From: Microthyrium microscopicum
Lineage: Eukaryota
DNA: 64,000 bases
Assembly: GCA_010405405.1 (NCBI GenBank)
Contig: MU004233.1
Location: 1,738,566-1,802,565 of the forward strand
Direction: 5' to 3'
A model generated the notes under the pieces. That model was not told the DNA's origin. It saw only the letters and a program-made list of their open reading frames with translations, and ran no database searches. The translations under genes and the position numbers were made by a program. Of the stretch, positions 52,381 through 64,000 are shown one piece after another. Positions within the stretch are counted from its first letter, which is position 1. The number at the start of each line of letters is the position of its first letter.

Positions 52381-53049
52381 AAGGAATACTAGAACGTTTA
52401 ATATCCTTATTTAGTAAAGTACGTACAACTATTTAGGTAAGTATTTAGCGTTACCTTTTATAGTTATATTATTCCTCTACCCTTATCTACTATAAGTAAT
52501 TAACTAAGTATAGCAAAAAGGTAGTACAAGTACCTAATAGCTTCTATAGTCTTTAGGCTACCCATAAGTGTTAACTTCCAAGGACATTTATTAACTAAAC
52601 TACGAATTAGCATTTTGTATAATAATAATCCAAATATCTACTTTACGCGTTTTTAGTCCTAGATGTTCATCCTCTACCTACATTAGCTTTATTATATTTA
52701 AGTAGGTAATTAAGTACTCTATAATTATATTAAAACTTACGTAATACTAAGGGATGATACTCATCCTATTATTAAAAATACTACTTAATAGCTTACTAGA
52801 TATTTAAGCGCGCTTATTATTTATAACATGCATGTATTTAAAAGTCAATATAATAATGCATAATGCATGTCTAAAGGCACGTTATATACGTTCTAGGCTT
52901 TCACCTCTAGGCTATACATAATTTAGGGGAACAAGGATATTCTACAAGTTTAGACCAAAATAATTAGCTAAGCAAATAAAGGATACTTTTACTACAAAAG
53001 CTAACCCCCCCCCTCCAACCTCCCCCCCTAATGTGCGCCAGCTAATAAT

Positions 53050-54300
53050 ATTTAGTATCACTTAGCAGTAATAAGCATGTTAGGTTCTACTTAGATACTT
53101 ACCTTCTAAGTAGCTTGTTGCTTTCAGCTATAAACATCTACAACCTTTAATTCCTTCATCTTCTTATCGTAGACTAAAGTCATAGTGCAAGTAAGCCCTA
53201 AACCAACCTAGTATGCAAAACAGCCACCTTTAGTAAGAGTATAGATTATAAACTTAAGTAATAAAGTAGTAAGCTATTACTAGTTATTAATATTTACATA
53301 CAGTATAGTAAAGCTAACTAAGGTAGCAGAACTTTTTCTATTAGACGTAATAAACGCGCTATAGTCAAAAGAGCAACAATTATTAAGCTACAACCTATAC
53401 GTTACCTACGCATATAAAAGCTTTCCCTTTAAGCTAAAGAGGTTATACTAACTATTAACTCGCAAGGTATTATCCTATTTAGCTAAGTTATAGCCTCTAA
53501 GAAACACGTCAAACTATACTAAATCTATAACTAAGATTTCCTAGGTAATAGTCTTTCGTAGGCCTAATTTGCTAACTATTTTATATAGAGCTAGAAGTTA
53601 TTCTTTAGTTAGCACAGAGCATACTAATCGTAGTTCTAGCAAGTAACTAGGCGCTTACATAACTTTCACAAGAAATCAGACTCAGTTAAAGTACTCCGCA
53701 AAACTAGACTCCTTTAAAGGTACTAGCACTATAGCCTTAAAATCCCTAAATGGTAGGCAAGTCTAAATTAGTTTAAACTACTAAGTGTTCTAGAAAAGTT
53801 GTAGTAGTAGTAAGATTAGAGTAATTTATTAGGGTACGCTATATTCCATACTAGGTAAACGCAAGCTATTCTAAGATCTTAAGTTAAAAGCAAACTTATT
53901 TTCTTAGAAGAATATACCCTTTACTTTATAAGCAAAGCCTAAATATATTTGCATAATTTTAGCAAGTAATACTAGATGCGCCAACTTAGTAAGAATTTCC
54001 TAAGACGCAAGTAATAGTGTTAAATCCTCAATTAAGGTATAGTAGAGCTAATTATCTAGTCCTCAAATGCTATATTCTGCGTCGCTATATATATAGCTAT
54101 TTTCTATATATTTCTCTAATGTCTATACACTACCATGTAGGCAAACAACAAGTTATTATATAATATGTATAATAATCTTACGCAAAAGTTTCTATAGAAG
54201 GAACGTTAATAGTACTATTGTAGCAGGCTTACAATCAGTATCCTAGGCTTTTCCTTACGTTTTAACGCGGCTTCATGCTTTCTTATAACTAAGCTTAGTT
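53050..54300 (-). pseudogene. F-box-like (DUF7730/2EXR-type N-terminal motif) protein pseudogene, multi-exon
   Basis: TFLL*KLLRKIIIHII**LVV (FPL.KL.REI..HI…LVV), followed by KIMQIYLGFAYKVKGIFF*ENKFAF (…EAKG.FF.ENKFAF). Minus-strand GT..AG introns near 53405-53360 and 53300-53255. Confidence 0.6.
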
Positions 54301-54999
54301 AAAGGCTAAGAGTATAATTTAGTTTATAGCTCATAAATAGAGGAGCGAGTTGAGCAGGTTAAGCGAGTATACATAATAGAAATAGACGGACCTATATATA
54401 GAAAGCAATGCATGCAGTAGAGTAAAGGAAAGGAAAGAGGAAGGATAGTAGAAAGGTTTAAAAAGGGCCTAACAGTCACCTATTCAAGTTTCGATACGTA
54501 ATATATAGCATATACCTTAATTTAAAAACTTAAGCCAAAAATAGAAATTCTATTAGCAAGCTCTCTTAAGACTATTATATATACTTATCTAGCGCTAGGA
54601 AAAGATTCATAAACAGTATAGATAGGAGTTCATACTAAGCTTTAGGGCGGTAAATAGATAATCTATAATATCTATAGACCTTGCCATTAAAACCTTGCTA
54701 CTTAATCTATACTACAGAATGAAAGTAGCTACTTCCATCTATTTAATTAGATTTTAGTGCAGCGAGTAAAGAATATAGAGTATATGCGTCCATCTCCAAG
54801 TTAGGTACCTTAATAGGTAGATAAGTAAGAAGCAATTATATATATATATAATGTCTACACCATTTAGTGTACAGTACTAAGCATCAATTATAAATATATA
54901 AATAGACTAAGAATAAAGTTATATAGAAAGTCGTAGAGAGTTTAATAGTAGATAATATTACAACGATTATTATTTTTTCCTACTAGTAGCCTAAATAAG

Positions 55000-57900
55000 G
55001 ACAATGCTCTAGCATAATTCGGTTATTAACTAATATACTATAGTTATTTAGGTCGCTTGAATAGACTAGACTATTAAGAGTAAACGAGCTATATCTTTCT
55101 TTAAATACACATACAATAATAAATAGAATCTTAACATCGTCCGTCTTTAGTATCTACGAGGTACCGCGTTAGTAGGTACTAAAGTAGTAAAATATTCCAA
55201 GTTATATAGTATTTGTATACTTACTTATAATACTATACCTAGTCATACTTTATCCTAGTTATCATTTTAAAGTAGTTTAGAGAAGAGAGGATAATCCAGT
55301 TCTCAAAGTCTAAATTAGGAGATATAGTCATTAGCATAAGGTAATAAGAAACCCAATAGTAGTATGGATAGTTAAAACATACCTATACTAAATCACTTAG
55401 AGAGTCTGGCTACAAATGTTATAGACCTTAAAGAGGTTTAATCCTATTATCAACACTACTATATTAGTATATAAACGTCTAATACTAAGTAGAAACTCAT
55501 ACCTGCATACAGTTCTTAAAGGCTAAGATCATAGTATTAGTCCTCCTTAAGCAGGTATAGCCAACTACTAGGCAACGTATCAACATATAGAGGCATATCT
55601 ACTAGTACTTAAATAAAATTATCCTTTATGTCAGACTCGCTAGATCTTAGCTCTTACAACACGTCTAGTAAAAACATAGTATATATTCTTAATTTCATTA
55701 TATCTTCGTCTATAACGCTATGCCGCCTCGCGCGTTGCACAAAGTCAGTATCCCTTTTCCTTTACTATCCCGTAGCTAAATCACGACACTAGGCAGTTTC
55801 GTACAGGCGTAATACTACCAGTCCTAAACGTATTAGTATTGTTAAGTCTAGCACTAGACCTAGATCCCAGCCAGCTTCGCGAAGAGGCATAAAAGTTAAA
55901 TTGTCGCTATATACGTACATATAACTAGTAGCATTGCGTATAATTATTTAGCAAAGAGCCGTATAAAAATCGTACTTTAGTATCTTACTATTAACGAAAA
56001 TAGCAGAAGCAAAGCTTTTGTATAATTAATGCTATTAATGTAGATTACCCTTAAAATAAGATAATTACGCAAGTTTGTTGTATAAATGCATAGCATTATA
56101 AGCTACAGGTATAATTATTAAATTACGACCTATATAATGTACCTCTTCTAGTACTTAGTTTAAACTAGCCCCACATATAAATAGGCAGTACTCCTATAGA
56201 CCGTTATTATTAGTAGCAAGGAAGCAAGACTCCTTTCTAGGCTAGATGCAACTACGCCACATGAGATAACCTCCTATACATTTTTTAAGGCCATATAGTA
56301 TTTTGTCGGTTTAATTAGAGAAATTGACCTTAACTCCAGCCAAGGACGACAATAGACCAGTTAGAGAGTGCAGAAAAAAGTCTATATCTCTCTTTACTAA
56401 AGCTACGAATAGCAGTATTATAACGTGCCCATCGTAGGGATAAAGCGTCCAGCCGTGAGACGATATAAATAAATCAGCAATATACCTATTATAATTGTTA
56501 ATTACACTATATACCGTTAGGGTTCAACTCTAGCTATTTAACCTACTACAACTAAAAGACAGTTTGCGGGCTAATACTACGCTCTAACGCACTAGGGAGT
56601 TCCAACACTAGAAGTAACATAATGTTGCAAATATACTATTAAAGAGTTAAAATGAGCGAAAACATGTAGATCCTAAGGATACAGAGTTTAATACTTATAC
56701 CATCTATGCCAAACTAAACCTTAGAGTTATGTAGTAGATTATCGCTCAACTAATCTAGCGATTAAATAAGTTATTAATTCAGAACCAGTAAAATTCTTAG
56801 CTTCTTAGAGGGCAATAGCATCATAATAGAGCGATTAACAAAGTTATATAACCAACCAAGTAGATATAATCTTCGCTACTAGATTTAATCCGCATCATTA
56901 ATTGTTTACAGGTCTAACGTTAGAGACTACTATTTTAATTCCTTCCGTAGTAGCTTAGTCGGCCTTTCGTCAAAATTAATCTAAAAGTTAGCTATAAACT
57001 CTAGTAGATGCTTAAAAATATAGACTAATAATTGCTCTAAGAAATAAAGCTATGCTTATCGTACTACTATATCCTTCCCTCCTAGAACTCTTATCGTAAG
57101 GACGCCTAAAAATTTCTAGTCATTTGGCCTACTACTACTATTTATAATAACGTCCATAAGCGCTTTAAATGAATCCTAGCCTAGAATAGGGAAGTCCGCC
57201 TACAATACTTATTAACCCTATTTAATCTTTTTCGTAGCGATTTTCAATATTTTAGCGCTAATCACGCTATTAAGGTTACTATATATAACTTAATTCTATA
57301 CACCTTAGGCATACCTTTAGTACTTAATCTAATTCTAGCAAAAGGAAAATATAGCTAGTTAATATTCTACGGACGTTACATTATCTAAATATAAAATGCC
57401 ATACTACTCCAATAGCTAAATTGAATTAACTTCTATAGCATTAGCTATATTAGATTAAGAATACTCTTTATCTAGTTTATTATCTATTATACTTAGGACG
57501 GAATAGGGATTAGAGGAGTTTCAAGCCTCTAACAAGTTGCTATCGTTTTAGGTAGCATTACTTAGCTTATTTAAGTTATTCTAACTTTTAAATTCGTATA
57601 AAATCTTTAGTAGAATATTATTAAAATACTAATAGCATTCATTATTCCGCATTAATTCTAGGTCGGGATTCGTTATTACCTAGCTCTTATACATATTAAT
57701 AAACGTAGCCCTTACTTTTTAAACGCGCTATAAAAATTAGATATAGATACTTTTAGAAACTTGCTACATAATATAGCAATATATATGCTTACCTTAATTA
57801 AGTTAATAATACTTAGCAGTATAATTCTAGTATGCGTCTAAATTAATTTTGCGTATTAAGGAAAATAGCTAATTAGGATTTTACTAGTCTAATTCAACTT

Positions 57901-58050
57901 AGCTACGTTATCTCGTTAGCAATATTCTATCTAGACGTTTTTATTACACTTATATACTTTAGAATCTAGTCTTTTAAAGGATGTTATTATATTTAAGAAC
58001 TATCCATTACACGATAATACGTATATTATATTTATACTAAGAATAAGAGT
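55000..58050 (-). pseudogene. Multi-exon coding relic, moderately RIPed, product unknown
   Basis: A long exon (56635-55503) reads …FISSHGWTLYPYDGHVII…MPLREAGWDLG…FVQRARRHSVIDED…. Canonical minus-strand introns include 56700-56636, and there are further donors at 55502 and 55382. Confidence 0.7.
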
Positions 58051-58339
58051 AAAAGTTAGATATGCTTACAAGTATAGGCTTAGGATACAAGTTTTAGTTA
58101 ATCCTAAAACAAGTATAGCTAGAGAAGAAAGTAATAAAGGAGAATTAAAGAAGTAGATATAGAAGGCTAGAGAAGTAATAAACAAAACGTTAAATTCCTT
58201 AATTATTAAATAAGGTTATAGCTAAGCAATTGAATACAAGCATAAAATAATAATAGTAAGATTTATTACTCTAGTATAGCAAGAAAAGGAAGCTAAAGAT
58301 ATATTTAGTTAGATATATAAATACATAGAAAACGATTCA

Positions 58340-59405
58340 TATAGAGATTGCTAGAGTATATATACTAAACCTTAAATATTTTACTACTAGTTTTATTTAG
58401 TACTTATTCTAAGTTTATATAAGTATATACTAATATTTTAGTTTAAATATATTTATATAGGGATTACTAGAGTATATATACTAGACCTTAGATATTATAC
58501 TACTAGTTTTATTACTTACCCTAAGTTTATTTTATATAAGTATATACTAATATTTTAGTTTAAATATATTCGTATAGAGGTTGCTAGAGTATATATACTA
58601 GACCTTAAATATTTTACTACTAGTTTTATGCCTTGCCCTAAGTTTATATAAGCGTATACTAATATTTTAGTTTAAATATATCCGTATAGGAGTTGCTAGA
58701 GTATACATACTAGACCTTAAATATTATACTACTAGTTTTATTACTACCCTTAGTTTATATAAGTACATACTAATATTTTAGTTAAATATATTCGTATAGA
58801 AGTTACTAGAGTATATATACTAGACCTTAATTTTTTTACTACTAGTTTTATTTAGTACTTATTCTAAGTTTATATAAGTATATACTAATATTTTAGTTTA
58901 AATATATTCGTATAGGGATTACTAGAGTATATATACTAGACCTTAAATATTGTACTACTAACTTTATACCTTGCCCTAAGTTTATTTTATATAAGTATAT
59001 ACTAATATTTTAGTTTAAATATATTCGTATAGGGGTTGCTAGAGTATGCATACTAGACTTTAAATATTATACTACTAGTTTTATTACTGCCCTTAGTTTA
59101 TATAAGTATATACTAATATTTTAGTTAAATATATTCATATAAGGGTTACTAGAGTATACATACTAGACCTTAAATTTTTTACTACTAGTTTTATTTAGTA
59201 CTTATTCTAAGTTTATATAAGTATATACTAATATTTTAGTTTAAATATATTCGTATAGGGATTGCTAGAGTATGCATACTAGACCTCTAATATTATATTA
59301 CTAGTCTTATTACTTACCCTAAGTTTATTTTATATAAGTACGTACTAATATTTTAGTTAAATATATTCGTATAGAAATTGCTAGAGTATACATACTAGAC
59401 GTTAA
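58340..59405 (-). repeat. Right tandem array, 110-117 bp unit x10, carrying the left array's core in inverted orientation
   Basis: CTAGAGTAT(G/A)(C/T)ATACTA at 58351, 58467, 58584, 58696, 58806, 58922, 59039, 59149, 59265 and 59381. The best-preserved core reverse-complements to TCTAGTATGCATACTCTAGCAATCCC. Confidence 0.95.
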
Positions 59406-60717
59406 TAACTATAATAGCGCTAGGTCTACTATTATTAATATACTATTTATAGATCTTAAGTTCCTATAAAATAAGTATATACTAATATATTTATTTAAAT
59501 ATCCTATATATTATATTATAAATATATAGTAAGATATTTATTTATATATATTTAAATAGGTCTTACTAAACTATATAGATTAATAGAGCATCTTAGCAAC
59601 TTTAATTTTTATCTAGCTATACTTAATATTTACTACTATACTATAGTATATTTATTTATTATACGTACCTAGTATATATTTTAGTTATATATATATACGT
59701 TTAGTATAAGTTGCAATATATCTAGTATTTATCTAATCTATAATCTAAGTAATACTAACCTAGTACTAATACTACTAAACGAGTTTCTAGAGTTATTATC
59801 ACTAGATCCTATATACGTATTATTGCTAGCTTTAACGTCTACATCTAAGTACAATTAGAGCAAAATTACTAACGAGCAAACCTTAGTACTAGTAAAGTTA
59901 AAGAGCCTAATTCTGCCTTACTTCTAAAAGAGAAAGTCTATAACTTTCCCCTATATAACATTTCTCTATATATAATAGGCGAAGATATAATATATAGTTT
60001 AAGTTAAATAAATACTAAGAGTAACTCAAATATAGAGCAGTAGGTTATTAAATTCATACCTAGTAGAATACCTAGCTTTAAACTTACGCTATATTCCTAC
60101 GATTAAGCACTACCCGCAAATAGACTACGCTAGTCTATATAAGAGATAACGTTACAACAGAAGTAGTAATAGATTATAAATAATAACGTCTTTAGTATAA
60201 TAGATCTAATCGTTTAGAGAGATTATAGAAAAAGGTAGGATTATAATAGGTCGCTATTCCTAGTTGTATATTAATAGAGTATTAAAAAGTAAGTACGTTA
60301 ATATATATTTAGGTAGTTACATTTATGTTATTTAAGTTAGTCTAAGTACTCTACTTTAGCTTATACCCTTTTCTACTAAGTATTATATTTCTAAATAATA
60401 TAACGCCTAGGCTTATAGACTAAGCTTTACTATTTCTATATTGCTATAACGATTATTCTTTTACTTAAGTTCCGCTTGTTCTATTCTAAGCTAATTCTAA
60501 GGCTATTATATTTATATAAGGCCTATAGTAAGTATGCATAACCTTACTAATAGATATAGCTTTTAGCATTAGCTACTTTCTAACTTCTAGCTATAAACTA
60601 TAATTAGAAGTCAAGATATAAACATACTTAAGATACTACTTCTTAACCTCGCTTAATAATGTACACCCTTTTTCTTTAATTATATAAATCCTAGCAAAGT
60701 ATCTACTACATAATACA

Positions 60718-61781
60718 TTATAGCAAAGTGTCTATTTATCCTTCCTTATACATTATAGCCTTAACTTCTAGCTATGGACCTAAGTTTAGACCTATAGTAA
60801 TATTATAATACTACTTCTTAACCTTACCTAATAATATATACTTTTCCTTTTCCTTAAGTATATAAAGAGTAAAGTAGTATATACTACTTCTAAAAGGTTT
60901 ATATTCTACTATTTGCTAAACGTAAACTGCCTAGCTTAGGAATATATTTACTAGCTTTAGTACTAGACGTTTTATAAGTTTGTATACTATATTTTAGTAA
61001 TATTTTAGATTATGTCTAGGGTTATAATATATATTAATATATAATTATATTTAAGAGTCTTAGGTTAGAGTAGGAATGAAAGAGTAGAAGTTAGTATTAT
61101 CGTCTATTAATACATTAATACATATAGAAGTAAACTTAAGATACTTTATCTTCTTATTTAGAGTATATAAATACGTCTCTAGTTTATTATATTTATATTC
61201 TAGGTTAAGTAGGTCGTAGGAATGTAGTATTTAGTACTAGCGCGCTAGGACATCCTTATTATATATTGCTTTTATATAGATGCTATTAATATCTAATTTA
61301 GGTCCTAGCTAACTCTTTACTAGGTCTAAATTATAAAATAGATCTTCCTACTAGATAAAGACTTAAATATTCTATATTAGGTATCTATTAAGCGTAATCT
61401 TATAGTATTACTAGATTATACCTTTAATATAGTCTAGTTATTATTAAGCAAAAAGTAGAAAGGTTATATTCTATAAACTCTAAAACATAGAAGTAATAGA
61501 GAGCGCGTTAAATATACTATTAGTATTATATTTAGAGTAAAAGTAAAATAGTATTATATATATAGTCTTACTACAAACCTTAACGTTAGAGTCCCTATAG
61601 AAATCTTAAGTAATAGCGTATCCTACTTTAGCTATAGTAATTATATATTTAGTAGTTACAAGTTTAGTAGCTATAAGTTTAGTAGTTATAAGTTTAGTAA
61701 GACTAACCTTATTACTCTACTAAAGGTACTTCTTAGTAATAACAATAAAAATAATTCATATAATAGTCTCTCTAAACTTAT
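60718..61781 (-). pseudogene. Duplicated coding relic, copy 1, possible F-box-like N-terminus
   Basis: ISLERLLYELFLLLL (MSLERLP.ELF…) at 61781, then a ~300-codon protein-like frame. A frame offset between the two parts is unresolved. Confidence 0.4.
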
Positions 61782-62647
61782 ATTATATCTAATAGTTAAT
61801 AGCCTTTATAAATAGTAGACTCTTATTAGACTCTTCTAGGTTTAGCTAGCTAATTTAGGAATTAGAAAATAGAGAATCTTATAGAATCTAATTAAAATAT
61901 ATCTATTAATTATTTATAGGTTAGAAATATACTTCTATAAAGATAGCTAGTTTATGTTTACTCTATATAATATATTAGTATATTATATCTTAGATTTTAT
62001 AAAGATATTCTAATAAATACAACTTTTATATAGTACTAAATAGCGTAATTAGGTTCATTATAATTATACTAGTAGTATAATAAGAGCTAAATAAGACATT
62101 ATTAGTAAAGGTTTTCTTTTAAAAGCTAGTACGTTATTAGAATTAATTAATAGTAATAATAAGAATCTATAAAAATTTTAATATTAGGACGATAGTAATT
62201 ACGACGCTCTTCTACGTCTTCATATTAGGTAGGAGGATAAGTTTAGAGAAAGCTAGAGGGTTATCTTACTACTTAGTATAGAAATACTCTAGTAGTCTTT
62301 AGCCTATTATTAATTTAAGTAGGAGTAAAGCTAAATAACCTTTTTCTAGTAATATTATTAAGTAAAGCATTTTAGGTACTTAATCTTAGGCTACAAGTTA
62401 GTTTATTTTATATATAGTAGTAGCCTTCTCTAGTTTTATTAGTATATCTTAGTCTAGGCAAGAGCCTTAAGTTAAGTTATCTTAACTTTTTATATCTCTA
62501 TCTAAGGGTTTTCGCTAGTTAGCACTATAATCTTACTACTCTTAGCCTAGATACTTACGATACTACTCCTTAACCTTACCTAACAATATACATACCTTCC
62601 TTTCCTTTAATTATATAAATCCTAGCAAAGTATCTACTACCTAATAC

Positions 62648-63700
62648 ATTATAGCAAAGTATTTATTTCCTTATCTTAAGACATTATAGCCTTAACTTTT
62701 AGCTATAAACTAAAGCCTAGCGGACCTATAGTAACATTATGATACTACTTCTTAACCTTACCTAATACTATATACTTTTCCTTTTTCTTAAGTATATAAA
62801 GGATAAAGTAGTATATACTACTTCTAAAAGGTTTATATTTTACTATTTGCTAAATACAAACTACTTAGCCTAGAAATATATTTACTAGCTTTAGTACTAA
62901 ATATTCTACTAGTTTGCATACTATATCTTAATAATATTTTAAATTATATTTAGGGTTATAATATATATTAATATATAATTGTATTTAAGAGTCTTAGGTT
63001 AGAGTAGTAATAAAGGAGTAGAAGTTAATAACTCTATCTATTAATATATTAATGCGTATAGAAGTAAACTTAAGATACTTTATCTTCTTATTTAGAGTAC
63101 GTAAATATATCTCTAGTTTATTATATTTATATTCTAGGTTAGGTAGGTTGTAGTAATATAATATTTAGTACTAGCGCGCTATAATATTCTTATTATATAA
63201 GGCTTTTATATAGATACTATTAATATCTAATTTAGGTCCTAGCTAACTTTTTACTAAGTCTAAATTACAAAATAGATTATTCTACTAGATAGAGACTTAA
63301 ATATACTATATTAGGTATTAGTTAGGCATAATCTTATAATATTGCTAGATTATACCTTTAATATAGTCTAGTTATTATTAAGCAAAAAGTAGAAAAGTTA
63401 TATTTTATAAGCTCTAAAACCTAGGAGTAGTAAAAAGTATATTAAATATGCTATTAGTATCGTATTTAGGATAGATATAAGATAGTATTATATATATAGT
63501 CTTACTACGAACCTTAATAGTAGAGTCCCTATAGATATCTTAAGTAATAGCGCGTCCTACTTTAGCTATAGTAGTTGTACGTTTAGTAGTTATAAGTTTA
63601 GTAATTATACGTCTAGTAATAGTAACTGCATTACTTCTAAAAAGGTAGTTATTAGTAATAATAATAGGAATAATTCATACAATAGTCTCTCTAAACTTAT
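62648..63700 (-). pseudogene. Duplicated coding relic, copy 2, possible F-box-like N-terminus
   Basis: ISLERLLYELFLLLLLITTFLEVMQLLLLD at 63700. Paralogue of 60718-61781. Confidence 0.4.
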
Positions 63701-64000
63701 ATCGTATCTAATAGTTAACTACCTTTATAGATAGACTCTTATTAACCTCTTCTAGGTTTAGCTAACTAGTTTAGGAATTAGAAAATTAAAAATCCTATAG
63801 AATCTAATTAAAATATATCTATTAATTAGTTATAGGTTAGAAATATACTTTTATAAAGATAGCTAGTTTATATTTGCCCTATATAATATATTAGTATATT
63901 ATGTCTTAGATTTTATAAGAATATTCTAATAAATATAACTTTTGTATAGTACTAAATAGTACAATTAGATTTGTTATAATTATACTAGTAGTATAATAAG

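Larger units (their letters stand above)
45830..52400 (-). pseudogene. Long internally repeated coding relic (modular repeat protein), product unknown
   Basis: Recurrent modules on the minus strand: TLPKKVVVV*YYLLLAIAYLSS (LPEKVAV…PLAAAY) and KVKTNLLICYFLANSMKLKNTPLGKLTLLFL. They occur at 46.1-48.6 kb, 48.9 kb and 51.5-52.4 kb. The track ORF 52125-52379 is one surviving piece. Confidence 0.55.
1..64000. other. RIP-degenerated AT-rich block (repeat-induced point mutation), whole window
   Basis: Extreme TpA excess and CpA/TpG depletion. Conserved protein motifs are recoverable only by reversing C>T/G>A transitions (e.g. QAIARLFRIGQ reads *AIT*LFYIS*). Internal repeat copies differ mostly by transitions. 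Confidence 0.97.
60635..64000. repeat. Direct duplication of a >=1.45 kb segment (60635-62084 and 62560-64000), offset ~1.92 kb
   Basis: Collinear match from TAATTATATAAATCCTAGCAAAGTATCTACTAC to ATAATTATACTAGTAGTATAATAAG. The second copy runs off the window end. Confidence 0.95.

Noticed and set aside
53003..53030. C-rich tract as a G-quadruplex or polypurine tract
   Set aside because: Short homopolymer runs with no adjacent LTR. No function can be supported.
1..64000. Starship captain (DUF3435), DDE transposase, reverse transcriptase or integrase
   Set aside because: No such motifs were recognised by eye. Heavy RIP means absence is not proven, and an HMM search of de-RIPed frames is needed.

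Overview
AT-rich fungal (filamentous ascomycete-type) DNA saturated by repeat-induced point mutation (RIP): CpA/TpG are nearly absent, TpA and TAA/TAG are everywhere, and there is no intact gene. The two ORFs in the track are by-products. Translating by eye and mentally reversing C>T/G>A changes reveals a dense set of dead genes: a ~7 kb SNF2-family ATPase (13.1-20.1 kb), a DUF3505/tyrosine-recombinase-like/RecQ helicase fusion (33.6-39.3 kb), an intron-containing cellular-type PIF1 helicase with 38-aa acidic repeats (39.8-42.4 kb), a BTB/POZ gene, F-box-like genes, a long internally repeated gene and several unidentifiable coding relics. Two tandem arrays ~48 kb apart (8.6-10.2 kb and 58.3-59.4 kb) share one ~28-bp core containing the palindrome AGTATGCATACT, in inverted orientation and with unrelated spacers. 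The best overall reading, which is inference, is a RIP-killed copy of a giant multicopy mobile element carrying three helicases, with subterminal binding-site arrays. I found no Starship captain (DUF3435), DDE transposase, Helitron Rep or reverse transcriptase. All de-RIPed motifs are manual reconstructions and pseudogene boundaries are approximate.
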